Shown here one piece after another: positions 37,922 to 47,715 of a stretch of DNA of 53,592 nt. A program made the translations under genes and the position numbers. The notes beneath the pieces are model-generated. The model had not been told where the DNA came from and did not search any database. It saw nothing but the letters and a program-made list of their open reading frames with translations. Origin of the DNA: a virus (Duplodnaviria; Caudoviricetes); IMG/VR virus record IMGVR_UViG_3300043420_001594, positions 1 through 53,592 of that record; one strand, given 5' to 3'. Within the stretch, counting starts at the first letter, position 1, and each line of letters begins with the position of its first letter.

Positions 37922-39721
37922 ATGAGTCTGCTGCGCTACATCATGAAGCATGCACAGGTGACGCCTTCGGCCGCCAAGCCGGAGGACAAGCCAGCTGTCG
38001 AGCGCGGCAATAACGTCCCCACCATGAAGCCCGACTTCAAGCCGATGGCCCATCAGGAGGCCGCGGTACAAAAATTATTCGATAATAAGGGGCGGCTGAT
38101 CCTAGCCCATCAGATGGGATCCGGTAAGACGCTGACCTCGATCTACGGGTTCGAGAAGATGCGCCAGTTCGGCAAGGCCAATAAGGCGATCGTCGTGGTG
38201 CCGGCGGGTCTCCGGGAAAACTTCGCAAGAAGCGGTGTGGAAAAGGCGACCAACTCTTCGTTTCAGGTTATCGGATCGTCCGAAGAAAAGAACCGGATGA
38301 GCAACTATGTTCGTCCGGACGAGGTCGACCCCAACAAAACCTACACGATCGTCTCGTACGACCAGATGAGACGCGACCCCGTAGGTCTGATGCAGCGAAC
38401 TGGTGCCGACACCATCATTGCGGACGAGTTCCACAAGACCCGCAACGACCGGTCTCAGGTGTACCGGTCGATGATGCAGGCCCGACAATACGCCACCAAC
38501 TTCATCGGAGTCACCGCATCCCTGATCAATAACCGCCCGGATGAAGTTGCCAAGCTCCTGAACTTATCAGAGGGAGGACCTCCAGTGTCTCCCCGAGACT
38601 TCATGAACCGGTACACCCGGACGGTCGGCACCGCGGAGGGGTTCGGGGGCAGCAAGAAGCGGGTCATCGGGATCAACAATCCTGAAGAATTCGCCATGAA
38701 GGTGGTGCCACGGGTCGACTACTTCGAAACCGGAGACATTCCTGGCGCTGCAATGCCCAGAAAGGACGTCAAGAATGTGTACGTCCCGATGTCTAAGGAG
38801 CAGTACCACCTGTACAGGCTGGCGCTCAATAAGCTGGGGCCCGTGCAAGAGTACATCACCCGGCGCGATCCCAACATCACGCTGAAGGACGCGGACAAAC
38901 TGTTTACCCAGTTGACGCAAGCACGGCAGATCAGCAACTCCATCGCCATGGGTCGCAAGGACGTGTCGGTAGACCAGGCGGCTGAAAGGACTCCGAAGGT
39001 CCGCAAGGTGCTGCAGGATACGGCCCAACACCTGCAGGACCGCCCCGACAACTCCGTGGTCCTGTACAGCAACCTGATCCGCGGTGGCGTGGACGTGCTC
39101 TCGGCTGGACTCAAGAAGGCCGGTATCCCGCATGCGCTCTTTATTGGCGCGGGTACTGAGTTGGGGGACGGAAAGGTCACCAACGTCAGTCGCTCGCAGG
39201 GAGTCGAAGACTTCAAAGCCGGTAAGGTCAAGGTGATCGTGTTGTCGGGCGCCGGCGCAGAGGGGCTGGATCTCAAAAACGCCACTGCCTTCTATTCGCT
39301 TGACGGTCACTTCAATCCTGAAAGGATCATGCAGGCAGAGGCACGGGCTCGGCGTCTGGGCGGGCAGGCCCACCGTCCTCCAGAACAGCGGGTTGTTGAC
39401 GTTCGCCGATATCAGTCGGTGGTCCCGGCGTCAGAGCAACCCGGTGTATTCGGAAAGATGCTGGGTAAGAAGACCCCACAAACCACTGACGAGTGGGCCT
39501 ACAACGTTGCTGGACGAAAGTTTCAGACAGCTCGCCAGTTCTATGACGTGATGCACAAGCCCACCAAGTACATTCGCAAAGAGTACTACACCAGGCGGGA
39601 CGGGACCCGAGCGATCCGCTACACCTACGCCCAGCAAGTTAGTCAGCCGAGAGGCCTATTTAGGAAGTTGTTCGGTCCAAAGGACACAGCCACCGCACCC
39701 GTTAAGCCGCTTGTTGGGTAA
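37922..39721 (+). CDS. SNF2-family helicase/ATPase
   Basis: AHQMGSGKT, IADEFHK, TASLINN, GAEGLDL, FNP...QAEARARRLG. Confidence 0.85.
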   Translation: MSLLRYIMKHAQVTPSAAKPEDKPAVERGNNVPTMKPDFKPMAHQEAAVQKLFDNKGRLILAHQMGSGKTLTSIYGFEKMRQFGKANKAIVVVPAGLRENFARSGVEKATNSSFQVIGSSEEKNRMSNYVRPDEVDPNKTYTIVSYDQMRRDPVGLMQRTGADTIIADEFHKTRNDRSQVYRSMMQARQYATNFIGVTASLINNRPDEVAKLLNLSEGGPPVSPRDFMNRYTRTVGTAEGFGGSKKRVIGINNPEEFAMKVVPRVDYFETGDIPGAAMPRKDVKNVYVPMSKEQYHLYRLALNKLGPVQEYITRRDPNITLKDADKLFTQLTQARQISNSIAMGRKDVSVDQAAERTPKVRKVLQDTAQHLQDRPDNSVVLYSNLIRGGVDVLSAGLKKAGIPHALFIGAGTELGDGKVTNVSRSQGVEDFKAGKVKVIVLSGAGAEGLDLKNATAFYSLDGHFNPERIMQAEARARRLGGQAHRPPEQRVVDVRRYQSVVPASEQPGVFGKMLGKKTPQTTDEWAYNVAGRKFQTARQFYDVMHKPTKYIRKEYYTRRDGTRAIRYTYAQQVSQPRGLFRKLFGPKDTATAPVKPLVG

Positions 39722-39729
39722 GAGGCCAC

Positions 39730-39960
39730 ATGAACGCGTACCGTAGACAGAGAATCCTAAGCAAAGTGGCTTCCCGTCGCTCAAGACACGCGTACGAGAA
39801 ATCTGCCGGATTGGCCTCTATCGCCAAATTGAGCAACCAGGAGCTGGCCGCGTTGCTGCGAAAAGCCCTCAAAAACAAGCCAGCGATCGAGAATGCCCTG
39901 GGGCAAGCCCTGAACCGGTGGCCCAAGTACCATAACATGATCATTCAAGCTCTTTCCTGA
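39730..39960 (+). CDS. Small basic protein with K-x-A motifs
   Basis: AGAGG RBS; LSKVAS, YEKSAG. Confidence 0.6.
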   Translation: MNAYRRQRILSKVASRRSRHAYEKSAGLASIAKLSNQELAALLRKALKNKPAIENALGQALNRWPKYHNMIIQALS

Positions 39961-39968
39961 GGTCGGTC

Positions 39969-40451
39969 GTGCCGTTCACTAGTGAGAAGCAACGCCGCTT
40001 TATGTTTGCCGAGCACCCCCGTATCGCCAAGCGCTGGGCCCACGAGAACCCAGAAGGCGACGAGGGCCTCCCCACCTACGCGCATGGGAAGACCACATCC
40101 CCTGACCTCAAGAAGCGCTGGGAAAGGTTGAAGGCTCGTCGTAGTATCGGTAAGCCTCAGGAGGGTGAAGAAATGAAGTACAGTGACAAGGGGGTGGCCG
40201 CCCCATCCAAGGGCCAGAAGTACGCGAAGAAGAAGATGGCTGGCCTGTCGGACCTGATCAAGAAGGCGCAGCCTTCTGGCCCCGTCAATGTCCGCGAAGC
40301 CAGCAATCCCAAGATGAGCTGCATGACCTGCAAGTACTTCACTCCCCTGTCGGGCAACCGCGCGGGCCCAGGTATGTGTGGTGTGGGGTCGAGGCCCGTC
40401 CCCGTCAAAGGCACGGATGTCAGCGATTCGTATGAGTCGAAGGTGGTGTGA
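39969..40451 (+). CDS. Basic protein with C-terminal CxxC domain
   Basis: MPFTSEKQRRFMFA N-terminus; CMTC...C domain similar to 41322..41537. Confidence 0.65.
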   Translation: MPFTSEKQRRFMFAEHPRIAKRWAHENPEGDEGLPTYAHGKTTSPDLKKRWERLKARRSIGKPQEGEEMKYSDKGVAAPSKGQKYAKKKMAGLSDLIKKAQPSGPVNVREASNPKMSCMTCKYFTPLSGNRAGPGMCGVGSRPVPVKGTDVSDSYESKVV

Positions 40452-40452
40452 C

Positions 40453-41049
40453 ATGATGGGAAACAAGGAAAAGGCCAAGCTCTTGGCCCGTTTCGCCAAG
40501 GTTAAGGAGGCCGACGGTATGATGCCCGAGGCCGAAGATGAGGGCGAGATGGAGAACGGCAGCGTTGGCGGAGACCCCGCCGGGATGCTGTGCCAGGTTC
40601 TCGGTATGCTGTTGGCGATGCGGCAGAACTATCACTCCAGCCACTGGCAAGTCAGCGGTCCCAACTTCTATGGCGACCACCTGATGTTCAGCAAACTGTA
40701 CGAGTCTGTTAGTGACGACATCGATACTCTCGGAGAGAGGCTGGTGGCCAAGTATGGAGCCGACAAGGTTGACGGCGCCAAATTGAGCCAGACGCAGGCC
40801 CAGATTCTCATGGATCTGGCCCAACAGGCGGACCCGGTTCAGCGCGGTATCTCTTCAGAGAAGGCGTACCAGGCTCTGGTCAAGAGCGTGTACGAGGCCC
40901 TGAAGGAGATGGGTGCGCTCTCGCTCGGCTTGGACGACTTCCTGATGGCGTCAGCCAACACGCACGAGACCAATGAGTACCTACTTGGTCAACGTGCCGG
41001 CGGTACTGGCGGCGGTGTCTCGATCACAATGCTGCGAAAGGCCATGTAG
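40453..41049 (+). CDS. dps: Dps/ferritin-like protein
   Basis: HSSHWQVSGPNFYGDHLMFSKLY...DIDTLGER matches the Dps ferroxidase signature (H, H, D, E). Confidence 0.8.
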   Translation: MMGNKEKAKLLARFAKVKEADGMMPEAEDEGEMENGSVGGDPAGMLCQVLGMLLAMRQNYHSSHWQVSGPNFYGDHLMFSKLYESVSDDIDTLGERLVAKYGADKVDGAKLSQTQAQILMDLAQQADPVQRGISSEKAYQALVKSVYEALKEMGALSLGLDDFLMASANTHETNEYLLGQRAGGTGGGVSITMLRKAM

Positions 41050-41067
41050 CCTGAATACGGGGTATCC

Positions 41068-41313
41068 GTGGTAGACCTGAGCGAGCAGATCAAGAAGGCG
41101 GCGGCGGAGCTCCGGGTCAAGTCCCTCAAGGACATCCAAGTGGAGACCGCCAAGACGTGGGCGGGGCGTGCCTGCGTGGCGGCCGGTATGGGGCGAGAGC
41201 AGGACGCGATCGAGTACGCCCATGAGGCCATAGAGCACGCAGCACTGTCTGGCAAGGAAGGACTCCTGACAGACATTCGCGCGTCCCTGCGGGCCTGCGG
41301 GGTCGATGTCTAG
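41068..41313 (+). CDS. Hypothetical protein
   Basis: Helical; IKKAA near the N-terminus. Confidence 0.6.
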   Translation: MVDLSEQIKKAAAELRVKSLKDIQVETAKTWAGRACVAAGMGREQDAIEYAHEAIEHAALSGKEGLLTDIRASLRACGVDV

Positions 41314-41321
41314 GAGGCTGG

Positions 41322-41537
41322 ATGAACCAGTACGTCCGGAAAGAGCTGAACCCTCCCGGACTGCGATTATCTAGGCCCGGTGAGCCGTCATGTGCTGATT
41401 GTCAGCACGCCGTGTCCGGTATGGCGGATGCGCACTCCGGGGCTATGACGTGTCGAGCTGGTCATCGAGATGTCCCAGTCCGCCAAGACTTTCTGTGCAA
41501 CCTGTATGAGCCCGCGGATGGTGAGGATCAGGACTGA
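41322..41537 (+). CDS. Small four-Cys protein with HiPIP-like spacing
   Basis: AGGAGG RBS; CADC...C...C. Confidence 0.6.
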   Translation: MNQYVRKELNPPGLRLSRPGEPSCADCQHAVSGMADAHSGAMTCRAGHRDVPVRQDFLCNLYEPADGEDQD

Positions 41538-41740
41538 ACCGTCACGGTCCACTTCTGCACCTGCACCCGGGCACCCGGGATCATGTGTCGGACCAGCTGT
41601 TTGACCGACTCCTTTTCCGCGTGGGCGAGCGGCCACCTGATGTGTAGGATCAGGGTATCGCCTTGCTCCTCGTAACGATCCAGTGTATTGCCGAGGGCGC
41701 GGGACAGCATCGCCACGACCCCGGAGAAACGCGTGTTCAA
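41528..41740 (-). CDS. Possible small antisense gene
   Basis: Protein-like 70-aa ORF filling the gap before the terminase; overlaps its uncertain start. Confidence 0.3.
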   Translation of the reverse strand: MNTRFSGVVAMLSRALGNTLDRYEEQGDTLILHIRWPLAHAEKESVKQLVRHMIPGARVQVQKWTVTVQS

Positions 41741-43406
41741 AGTTCACCCCCGGCAAACCCAACAAGTATCCGCCGCATCCCTGGAACTCTTTCCGTCCGA
41801 GTTCACGAGCCACATCATGCGGATGCCGCATGAAGGGGCGCTGGCCCCATTCTCATTCACCGGTCGAGAGTACCTGATACCTGTCTACGATACACCGCAC
41901 CCGCGGGTGCTGCTGATGTTTGCGCGTCAGTCCGAGAAGTCAACAACCCTCGGCAACAAGATCTTGGCGCTGTCGTGCCTGCGTCACCACTTCAAGTCCC
42001 TATTCGTGAGTCCCTCACAACAGCAGACCGAGGTGTTTAGTCGTGACAAACTGTCGTCCCCGCTCAACCTGTCGGAAGACCTGCGCACGTTCTTGGACAA
42101 GAGCGCCAACAACGTGCTGTTCAAGCGGTTCATCACCGACTCCAGCGTGACGTTGAGGTACGCGTTTCTTCACGCCGACCGTACGCGCGGTATTCCGGCA
42201 GACGCGCTGTTCTTGGACGAGATCCAAGACATCTTGACGGACGTGATCCCGATCATCGAGGAGTGTATGTCGCACTCCCCCTACCAGCTCATGACGTATT
42301 CGGGCACCCCAAAATCACTCGATAATACGATCGCCTACTACTGGAACACCTTCTCGACCCAGAACGAGTGGATGATCCCGTGCGACCGGTGCGGTGGTGG
42401 TGACTACCGGCACTGGGACGTGATCGGTTACGACAACATCGGTCCTGAGGGACTGATCTGCAGTAGATGCAAGAAGGGTATCGACCCTCGGCATTCAGAT
42501 GCCCGGTGGGTATCGCAGAGGTCTGCGCGGTGGTTGCAAGCACCAGATGGAATTCCATTTGAGGGGTACCGGATCCCCCAGATCCTGACCAACTGGGTCA
42601 ACTGGCCCAAGGTCCTGGACAAGAAGAATCGATACGGCAAGGCACAGTTCTACAACGAGGTGCTGGCGCTACCGTACGACTCCGGCGACAAGCCCATCAA
42701 ACGGGAGACCCTGCTGGAACAGTGCAGCGGCATCTCGTTTGCGGATTCCGTCAACTTCTCGGGCAGATCAACCCTGTACATGGGAATCGACTGGGGCGGC
42801 ACCACCAACGCGGGGGGTGGTGAGGAGGGCGGCGTTAGGAAGTCCGCCCCCGCCAGCAGCTACACCGTGGTATCAATCGGCGGATATCTGGGCGGCAAGT
42901 TCCAGTACATCTACTTCCGGCGGTTCGAGGGTGAGGAGGCGGTCATGGACAACATGCTGCCCGTCATCATCCAGCTGGTAGATCGATACAAGATCTCGAT
43001 CATCGGTACCGACTACGGCGGTGGCCTCCACCCGAACGACCGTCTGATCCGACAGTTCGGTATCCGCCGTGTGGCTCGCTATCAGTACGTCAATACCCGC
43101 AAGATCTACTTCAACAAGGACCTGCACCACTGGATGGTCAACCGGACAGAAGCCCTCATGGCCCTCATCAACGCCATCAACCGTAAGGACGAGATCCGAT
43201 TCCCCACATTTAGTGACTGGGAATTCCCTTTTGCGCAGGACCTGCTGTCAGTCTTCACCGAGTACAACAGCTCCAACACCCAAATGATCATCACGAAGGC
43301 GCCGGGCTCCTCTGACGACACCATGCACTCCATGATGTACTGCTGGCTGGCCAGCATGATCGAGCACCCACGGCCCGACATTCTGGCTGCGGACCGAACT
43401 CACTAG
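41688..43406 (+). CDS. terL: Terminase large subunit (lambda gpA-like, with Zn motif); start uncertain
   Basis: ARQSEKST (Walker A variant), RGIPADALFLDEIQD, SGTPK, CDRC...CSRC, FYNEVLALPY, MGIDWG, DDTMHS. Confidence 0.85.
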   Translation: MPRARDSIATTPEKRVFKVHPRQTQQVSAASLELFPSEFTSHIMRMPHEGALAPFSFTGREYLIPVYDTPHPRVLLMFARQSEKSTTLGNKILALSCLRHHFKSLFVSPSQQQTEVFSRDKLSSPLNLSEDLRTFLDKSANNVLFKRFITDSSVTLRYAFLHADRTRGIPADALFLDEIQDILTDVIPIIEECMSHSPYQLMTYSGTPKSLDNTIAYYWNTFSTQNEWMIPCDRCGGGDYRHWDVIGYDNIGPEGLICSRCKKGIDPRHSDARWVSQRSARWLQAPDGIPFEGYRIPQILTNWVNWPKVLDKKNRYGKAQFYNEVLALPYDSGDKPIKRETLLEQCSGISFADSVNFSGRSTLYMGIDWGGTTNAGGGEEGGVRKSAPASSYTVVSIGGYLGGKFQYIYFRRFEGEEAVMDNMLPVIIQLVDRYKISIIGTDYGGGLHPNDRLIRQFGIRRVARYQYVNTRKIYFNKDLHHWMVNRTEALMALINAINRKDEIRFPTFSDWEFPFAQDLLSVFTEYNSSNTQMIITKAPGSSDDTMHSMMYCWLASMIEHPRPDILAADRTH

Positions 43407-43488
43407 CCCATTACTCGGTAATGTCTGGACGAGCTTTCAACTTCGGACGGGCCGGTGCTACCATGCTGTAGGTTGCGAGAGGTTTACC

Positions 43489-44487
43489 GTGGACCTAGAA
43501 CAGTACCTGCTTTCAAAATCTGCTTGTGGCGCTGACTGCGGTTGCGGGTGCGGCGGGAAAGTCGATCCCGACACCTTGAAGATGTACGGCCAAAAGGCCG
43601 CCACGCAATTTGTGGGGGAGCAGGTCCCCATGAACGACTCCATCGTGCAGATGGCCAAAGAGGCCAATCTGAACCACGAGCAAGTTAAGCGCGTGGTCGA
43701 GCACGCCAACAACCTGGCCTTCTCCCAGATGTTCAAAGCCGGGTTCTCTCAGAACATCACGTTCCCGATGGCCGACACCTCAGTGGTCATGCAGAATCTG
43801 GAGGCGCCCATGCAGGTCAAGCAGGCCAGTGTCGATATCGTGAAGGGCAGCAGGTATGTCCCGGGTCAGGAGCGTGTGTCGCTGGAGGCAGCGTTCGGCT
43901 ACAACTCCGTCACCCGCGCGATCGAGAAGACCGCCGCCCCTGTCATTGACCGTCATGACCTTACGCGCCAGTACCTCGACAAGGTCGGGGCAGTCCAGAA
44001 GATGCAGTCGGACATGGAGATCTTGGCCGATTCATTTGAGCTGAAGATGGTGGCGTTGGACCGGATGGTCAAGCAGGCTCAGACCGAAGGTTACTCATCC
44101 GAGGTAATTGGTTCTTGCGTGGACGCCGCCAATCCTTCCAGCATCATCCTGAACTACTTGGGCGACCGCTACGGTTCCGCCATCTCGGTCGGATCGATCC
44201 ACAAGCTGGCCCAGATGGGCATGGAGATGGTGAGCAACCCGATCACCGACTCTGTGGTGACCCTACAGAACATGCAGGAGCAACTATTTCAGTTGAGCTC
44301 CAGCATCGAGCGGGCCCAGCAACAGGTTGGTTTGATGCTGCAGACCATGCAGGCGCCCCAGCAACAGAACTCGGCATCGCGGTTGTTCTCGTCGAACAAT
44401 AGCCCCGGCCCCTCTCGGCCTACTCCTGAGGCTCCCCAGGCCACTGTACCGCAACCGCAGGACCAAGCTCCCTTGGAGTCCTACTAG
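43489..44487 (+). CDS. Head-module coiled-coil protein with K-x-A motifs
   Basis: LSKSAC, VKQAS, IEKTAA, HKLAQ; lies between terminase and protease. Confidence 0.7.
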   Translation: MDLEQYLLSKSACGADCGCGCGGKVDPDTLKMYGQKAATQFVGEQVPMNDSIVQMAKEANLNHEQVKRVVEHANNLAFSQMFKAGFSQNITFPMADTSVVMQNLEAPMQVKQASVDIVKGSRYVPGQERVSLEAAFGYNSVTRAIEKTAAPVIDRHDLTRQYLDKVGAVQKMQSDMEILADSFELKMVALDRMVKQAQTEGYSSEVIGSCVDAANPSSIILNYLGDRYGSAISVGSIHKLAQMGMEMVSNPITDSVVTLQNMQEQLFQLSSSIERAQQQVGLMLQTMQAPQQQNSASRLFSSNNSPGPSRPTPEAPQATVPQPQDQAPLESY

Positions 44488-44495
44488 GGTGGTGG

Positions 44496-45098
44496 ATGAG
44501 CAGTCTCGTCAAAATCGCAGATAACACACGCGCAGCATCCGATCTCAAGAACTTGGTGGCGTCCTGTCGGGCGGAGTACCGAGGACTAGATCAGGAGAAA
44601 ACGGCGGCCGTTCTGGAGAGAATCCTGGCGGCCCCTGTGCGCGCTGTCGGCAGGAGGGCCCTTAACGTGCTGTTGGGTCCAGTGGCCAAGTCGGGTCCGT
44701 TCAAGGGATCCCGTATGGTCAGACTGCCCGGCAAGGCAGGTTGGCGGTCGATCAGCCAAGGCGAGTTCCAAGCCATCCAGGCTGGACGTTCTCCGGGCAG
44801 GGCAGTACGGATTGATGCGAAGGGCGGACCCGGTTTCTTCAAGGAAGTGCATGGCCGCGGCGGGCTTGTCGGTGCCGCGCGGCGCAATCCCGGAAAGGCC
44901 GCGTTGGGTGTCGGCGGCGCGTACTTGTTGGCCACGAGCCCGGCGGCGCGCGAGATGGCGAAGGGCTTCCTCCCTAGTAAGCGGGAGAACCCGGTGGCAC
45001 CAGAGGTTGAACAGATGTTCGCCGGTCCCGCCACCCCACCGATCAACCCCATCGCCCGCACCGATTGGAAACCCACCTCTTTCACCATGACCAGGTAG
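44496..45098 (+). CDS. Basic Gly-rich protein with hydrophobic segment
   Basis: LVKIAD, EKTAA; GKAALGVGGAYLLA. Confidence 0.65.
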   Translation: MSSLVKIADNTRAASDLKNLVASCRAEYRGLDQEKTAAVLERILAAPVRAVGRRALNVLLGPVAKSGPFKGSRMVRLPGKAGWRSISQGEFQAIQAGRSPGRAVRIDAKGGPGFFKEVHGRGGLVGAARRNPGKAALGVGGAYLLATSPAAREMAKGFLPSKRENPVAPEVEQMFAGPATPPINPIARTDWKPTSFTMTR

Positions 45099-45107
45099 GA
45101 GCACCAG

Positions 45108-45746
45108 ATGAGTCGTTTTAGCGAGATCGTGAAAGAAGCGTCGAAGCGTCCTGGTGGCGTACCTAGGACTCCGAAGGGACAGGGCGGAATGTCTGGTCTC
45201 GCCGACGTCCTCAACAAGAAGTGGGGCGGGCCTTTCCCACACTCATCGGGGAAGCCCTTTGACGCCGTCACCGAAACACTGATCAACCAGAACCCGCGCG
45301 GGTTCGCCAGATTGAAGTCTGTCTTCACCAGTCCTGCCGCTCGCCGGTTCGGGATGTATGGTGCGGGAGCCCTCGGTGTCGTTGGAACGGTAGCGGCGGT
45401 TGACGCGATCCGAGATTCGCTCGACAAGAAGATTGGCAGGGAAAAGGCGTTCAAGAACATGATCAAGGAGAACCCGACCCTCGCCTCCGGGAGTCCGGCT
45501 CACGTCAAGAAAGTGTTCAACACCCTCTACACCTTCAACAAGGACATGGCGAAGGATCCGTTGGTAGCGGGTTCGTTTACCCGCCGGTCTCTACAGTTCA
45601 GGGAAGAGGGCCTCCAACCGATGGACATCAAGACGTTGACCGAGATCCGGAAGCACATGAGCGATAGTAGGGGCGGCGGCTCGGCTGCTCGTGGAGTGGT
45701 TGGCGACCTCGGGACGATCAGCGGACTCGCCAGGTTCGCGGGTTAG
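45108..45746 (+). CDS. Basic protein with transmembrane-like segment
   Basis: AGGAG RBS; IVKEAS; MYGAGALGVVGTVAAV. Confidence 0.7.
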   Translation: MSRFSEIVKEASKRPGGVPRTPKGQGGMSGLADVLNKKWGGPFPHSSGKPFDAVTETLINQNPRGFARLKSVFTSPAARRFGMYGAGALGVVGTVAAVDAIRDSLDKKIGREKAFKNMIKENPTLASGSPAHVKKVFNTLYTFNKDMAKDPLVAGSFTRRSLQFREEGLQPMDIKTLTEIRKHMSDSRGGGSAARGVVGDLGTISGLARFAG

Positions 45747-45756
45747 TGAGGATCTG

Positions 45757-46002
45757 ATGCTGAGCGATCGGAAAGATCGGATCCTGCAGAAGTTGGCGCA
45801 GATGGGTCCGCCGCAGGCCAGTATGATGTCGGCGGGGGCTCCTCAGCTCGTGGCTCCTCCACAGAACCTTGGGGTCACCAACCCGCCAGCACCCGTTCCG
45901 TATGGAGGGGCTCGCCCGCCCATGCAATCTCCGCTCAACATGATCAGCCCCAACACCCTAAAGACACCGGCCGTAAGGGCTCTGACGGGCAAGTATCGTT
46001 AA
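45757..46002 (+). CDS. Small Pro-rich protein with K-x-A leader
   Basis: GAGG RBS; MLSDRKDRILQKLAQ. Confidence 0.55.
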   Translation: MLSDRKDRILQKLAQMGPPQASMMSAGAPQLVAPPQNLGVTNPPAPVPYGGARPPMQSPLNMISPNTLKTPAVRALTGKYR

Positions 46003-46015
46003 TGGAGGCCCGCGC

Positions 46016-47608
46016 ATGCTGAAACTGATCACACTGCCGGGCGTCAGCGATACCGGGGACATCTTGATTCAGGCGATCTTTCCGGGAGCTCCGCTTGTCA
46101 AAACGGCTTCCGCGGCCCTCCATCCGGAGATTCAAAAGTACCTGGGCGACCTGAAGTCGAAACCTGAGAAACTGTACGTGCTGGTCAACGCGCTGGGCGC
46201 GGGGGAGTGGTACGGCAGCAACATCAACGGCGACTACTTCGAGGAACGGGAACTCAACACACCGCAGGGTTCTGAGTTCGGGTTTCGCACGTTCTTGGAC
46301 TCAGGCGTCTACCGACACCACGTCAACAAGGACATTAAGAAATCGTTCGGCAAGGTGATGGTGTCGGTCTACAACCCCATCATGCACCGAGTCGAGCTGG
46401 TCATTGAGATTGACCGGGCTAAGGCTGCGCAAGAGGGCCACGGGGATCTGGTTGACCAACTGGACGCCGGCAAGAACCCGGCTGTCTCGATGGGCTGCCG
46501 GGTGGCGTTCGACGTCTGCAGTATCTGCGGAAACAAGAGCAAGACCCGCAACGATTACTGTCTGCATGCCAAGACAATGATGAATCAGGTCCTACCCGAC
46601 GGTAGAAAAGTGTATGTTCTGAACCCCAACCCCAAGTTCTTCGACATCTCCTTCGTGCTGATCGGGGCGGACCGCACCAGCTACGCAATGGCAAAGGTGG
46701 CGTCGGTGTACGGCGTATCACCGGGTAATATGTTGTCGGCGGACTTGGCGGAAGAGTACGGTTTGCGGGATCGCTCATCCGTCACCATGCTGGCGGAAAA
46801 GCTGGCCAACAAGCAGAAACTCTCCAATATGGTCAAGAACCTGCCCGCCATTTCGGCCAAGGTGATGCCCGGCATCACCGGACAGGAACCCAACCTACCT
46901 GCTGAACTGTTGGATCGGCTGGCCCAAAAGCCTCTCCCCTCCGTCACCACTACGCTGTCAGCCTCAGGGATCGTCTTGAAGCCTGCCGAATACCAGCGTA
47001 TCGTTCTGATGAAGATGGGGCAGGCCGACAAGGCCGCTCGTCTCGCGAAACTTGGGTCGGTGTTCCGCCCCAACGGGCATGCCGATCACTCGATCCGGTA
47101 CCTAGACGCTCGGCACTACGACGTGGACGTTCGGGATATGGCGATCCCCTACTTGGAGAAGAGGTCCGCCTTCGATCCCGTTCTCAGTCGTAGACTTCAG
47201 AAGGCCTCGGCATCCTCGCGCACGCATGAGCAGTTTGCAGATGACGAGTTGCTCGATAAGATCGCATCTGGGTACAACGGTTACCGGGAGCAGATGTTGG
47301 AGAACATCAGTACCCTGGTGGCCACAACAACGGGCAGGGATCCAACCCTGCTCACGGCGCTGTCTGGCGCAGACCTCGAAGGGATGTTCTTGGGCAACGG
47401 TCTGGCAAAATCAGCGGAGGTGAGCCCCCCGCAGGCCCTGCTAGGCGCGGTACCATGGGCATACCTTTACGGAGCCTTCGGTGGAGGTTCTGGGGAGGGT
47501 ACTGACAAGGCAGAGTCGTTCGTCGCTAAGCACCCGCTGTTGGCGGCGTCCATTTTGGCTGGCCTCGGGAAACTGAGTGCTGGCCTGGTGAAGGCAAAGT
47601 TGGTTTAG
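46016..47608 (+). CDS. Prohead (maturation) protease, HK97/assemblin-like, with Zn finger
   Basis: SNINGDYF...YRHH...FGKV...VELV...AVSMGC.V..DVCSICGN...CLH...FFDISFV..GAD; upstream of scaffold candidates and MCP. Confidence 0.7.
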   Translation: MLKLITLPGVSDTGDILIQAIFPGAPLVKTASAALHPEIQKYLGDLKSKPEKLYVLVNALGAGEWYGSNINGDYFEERELNTPQGSEFGFRTFLDSGVYRHHVNKDIKKSFGKVMVSVYNPIMHRVELVIEIDRAKAAQEGHGDLVDQLDAGKNPAVSMGCRVAFDVCSICGNKSKTRNDYCLHAKTMMNQVLPDGRKVYVLNPNPKFFDISFVLIGADRTSYAMAKVASVYGVSPGNMLSADLAEEYGLRDRSSVTMLAEKLANKQKLSNMVKNLPAISAKVMPGITGQEPNLPAELLDRLAQKPLPSVTTTLSASGIVLKPAEYQRIVLMKMGQADKAARLAKLGSVFRPNGHADHSIRYLDARHYDVDVRDMAIPYLEKRSAFDPVLSRRLQKASASSRTHEQFADDELLDKIASGYNGYREQMLENISTLVATTTGRDPTLLTALSGADLEGMFLGNGLAKSAEVSPPQALLGAVPWAYLYGAFGGGSGEGTDKAESFVAKHPLLAASILAGLGKLSAGLVKAKLV

Positions 47609-47715
47609 GCTCTAAGGTAGGGCCTGTTGCCAACGACCGGTACTGCGCCTAGGCTGTTTCGGCGGTCCAAGATGGTCAGCACCAACAACGCTGTGTGTTA
47701 CACGAGGAGTTACAG

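Noticed and set aside
47609-47715. Possible tRNA or ncRNA in intergenic gaps
   Set aside because: No cloverleaf, T-loop consensus or convincing long stem could be identified by eye.
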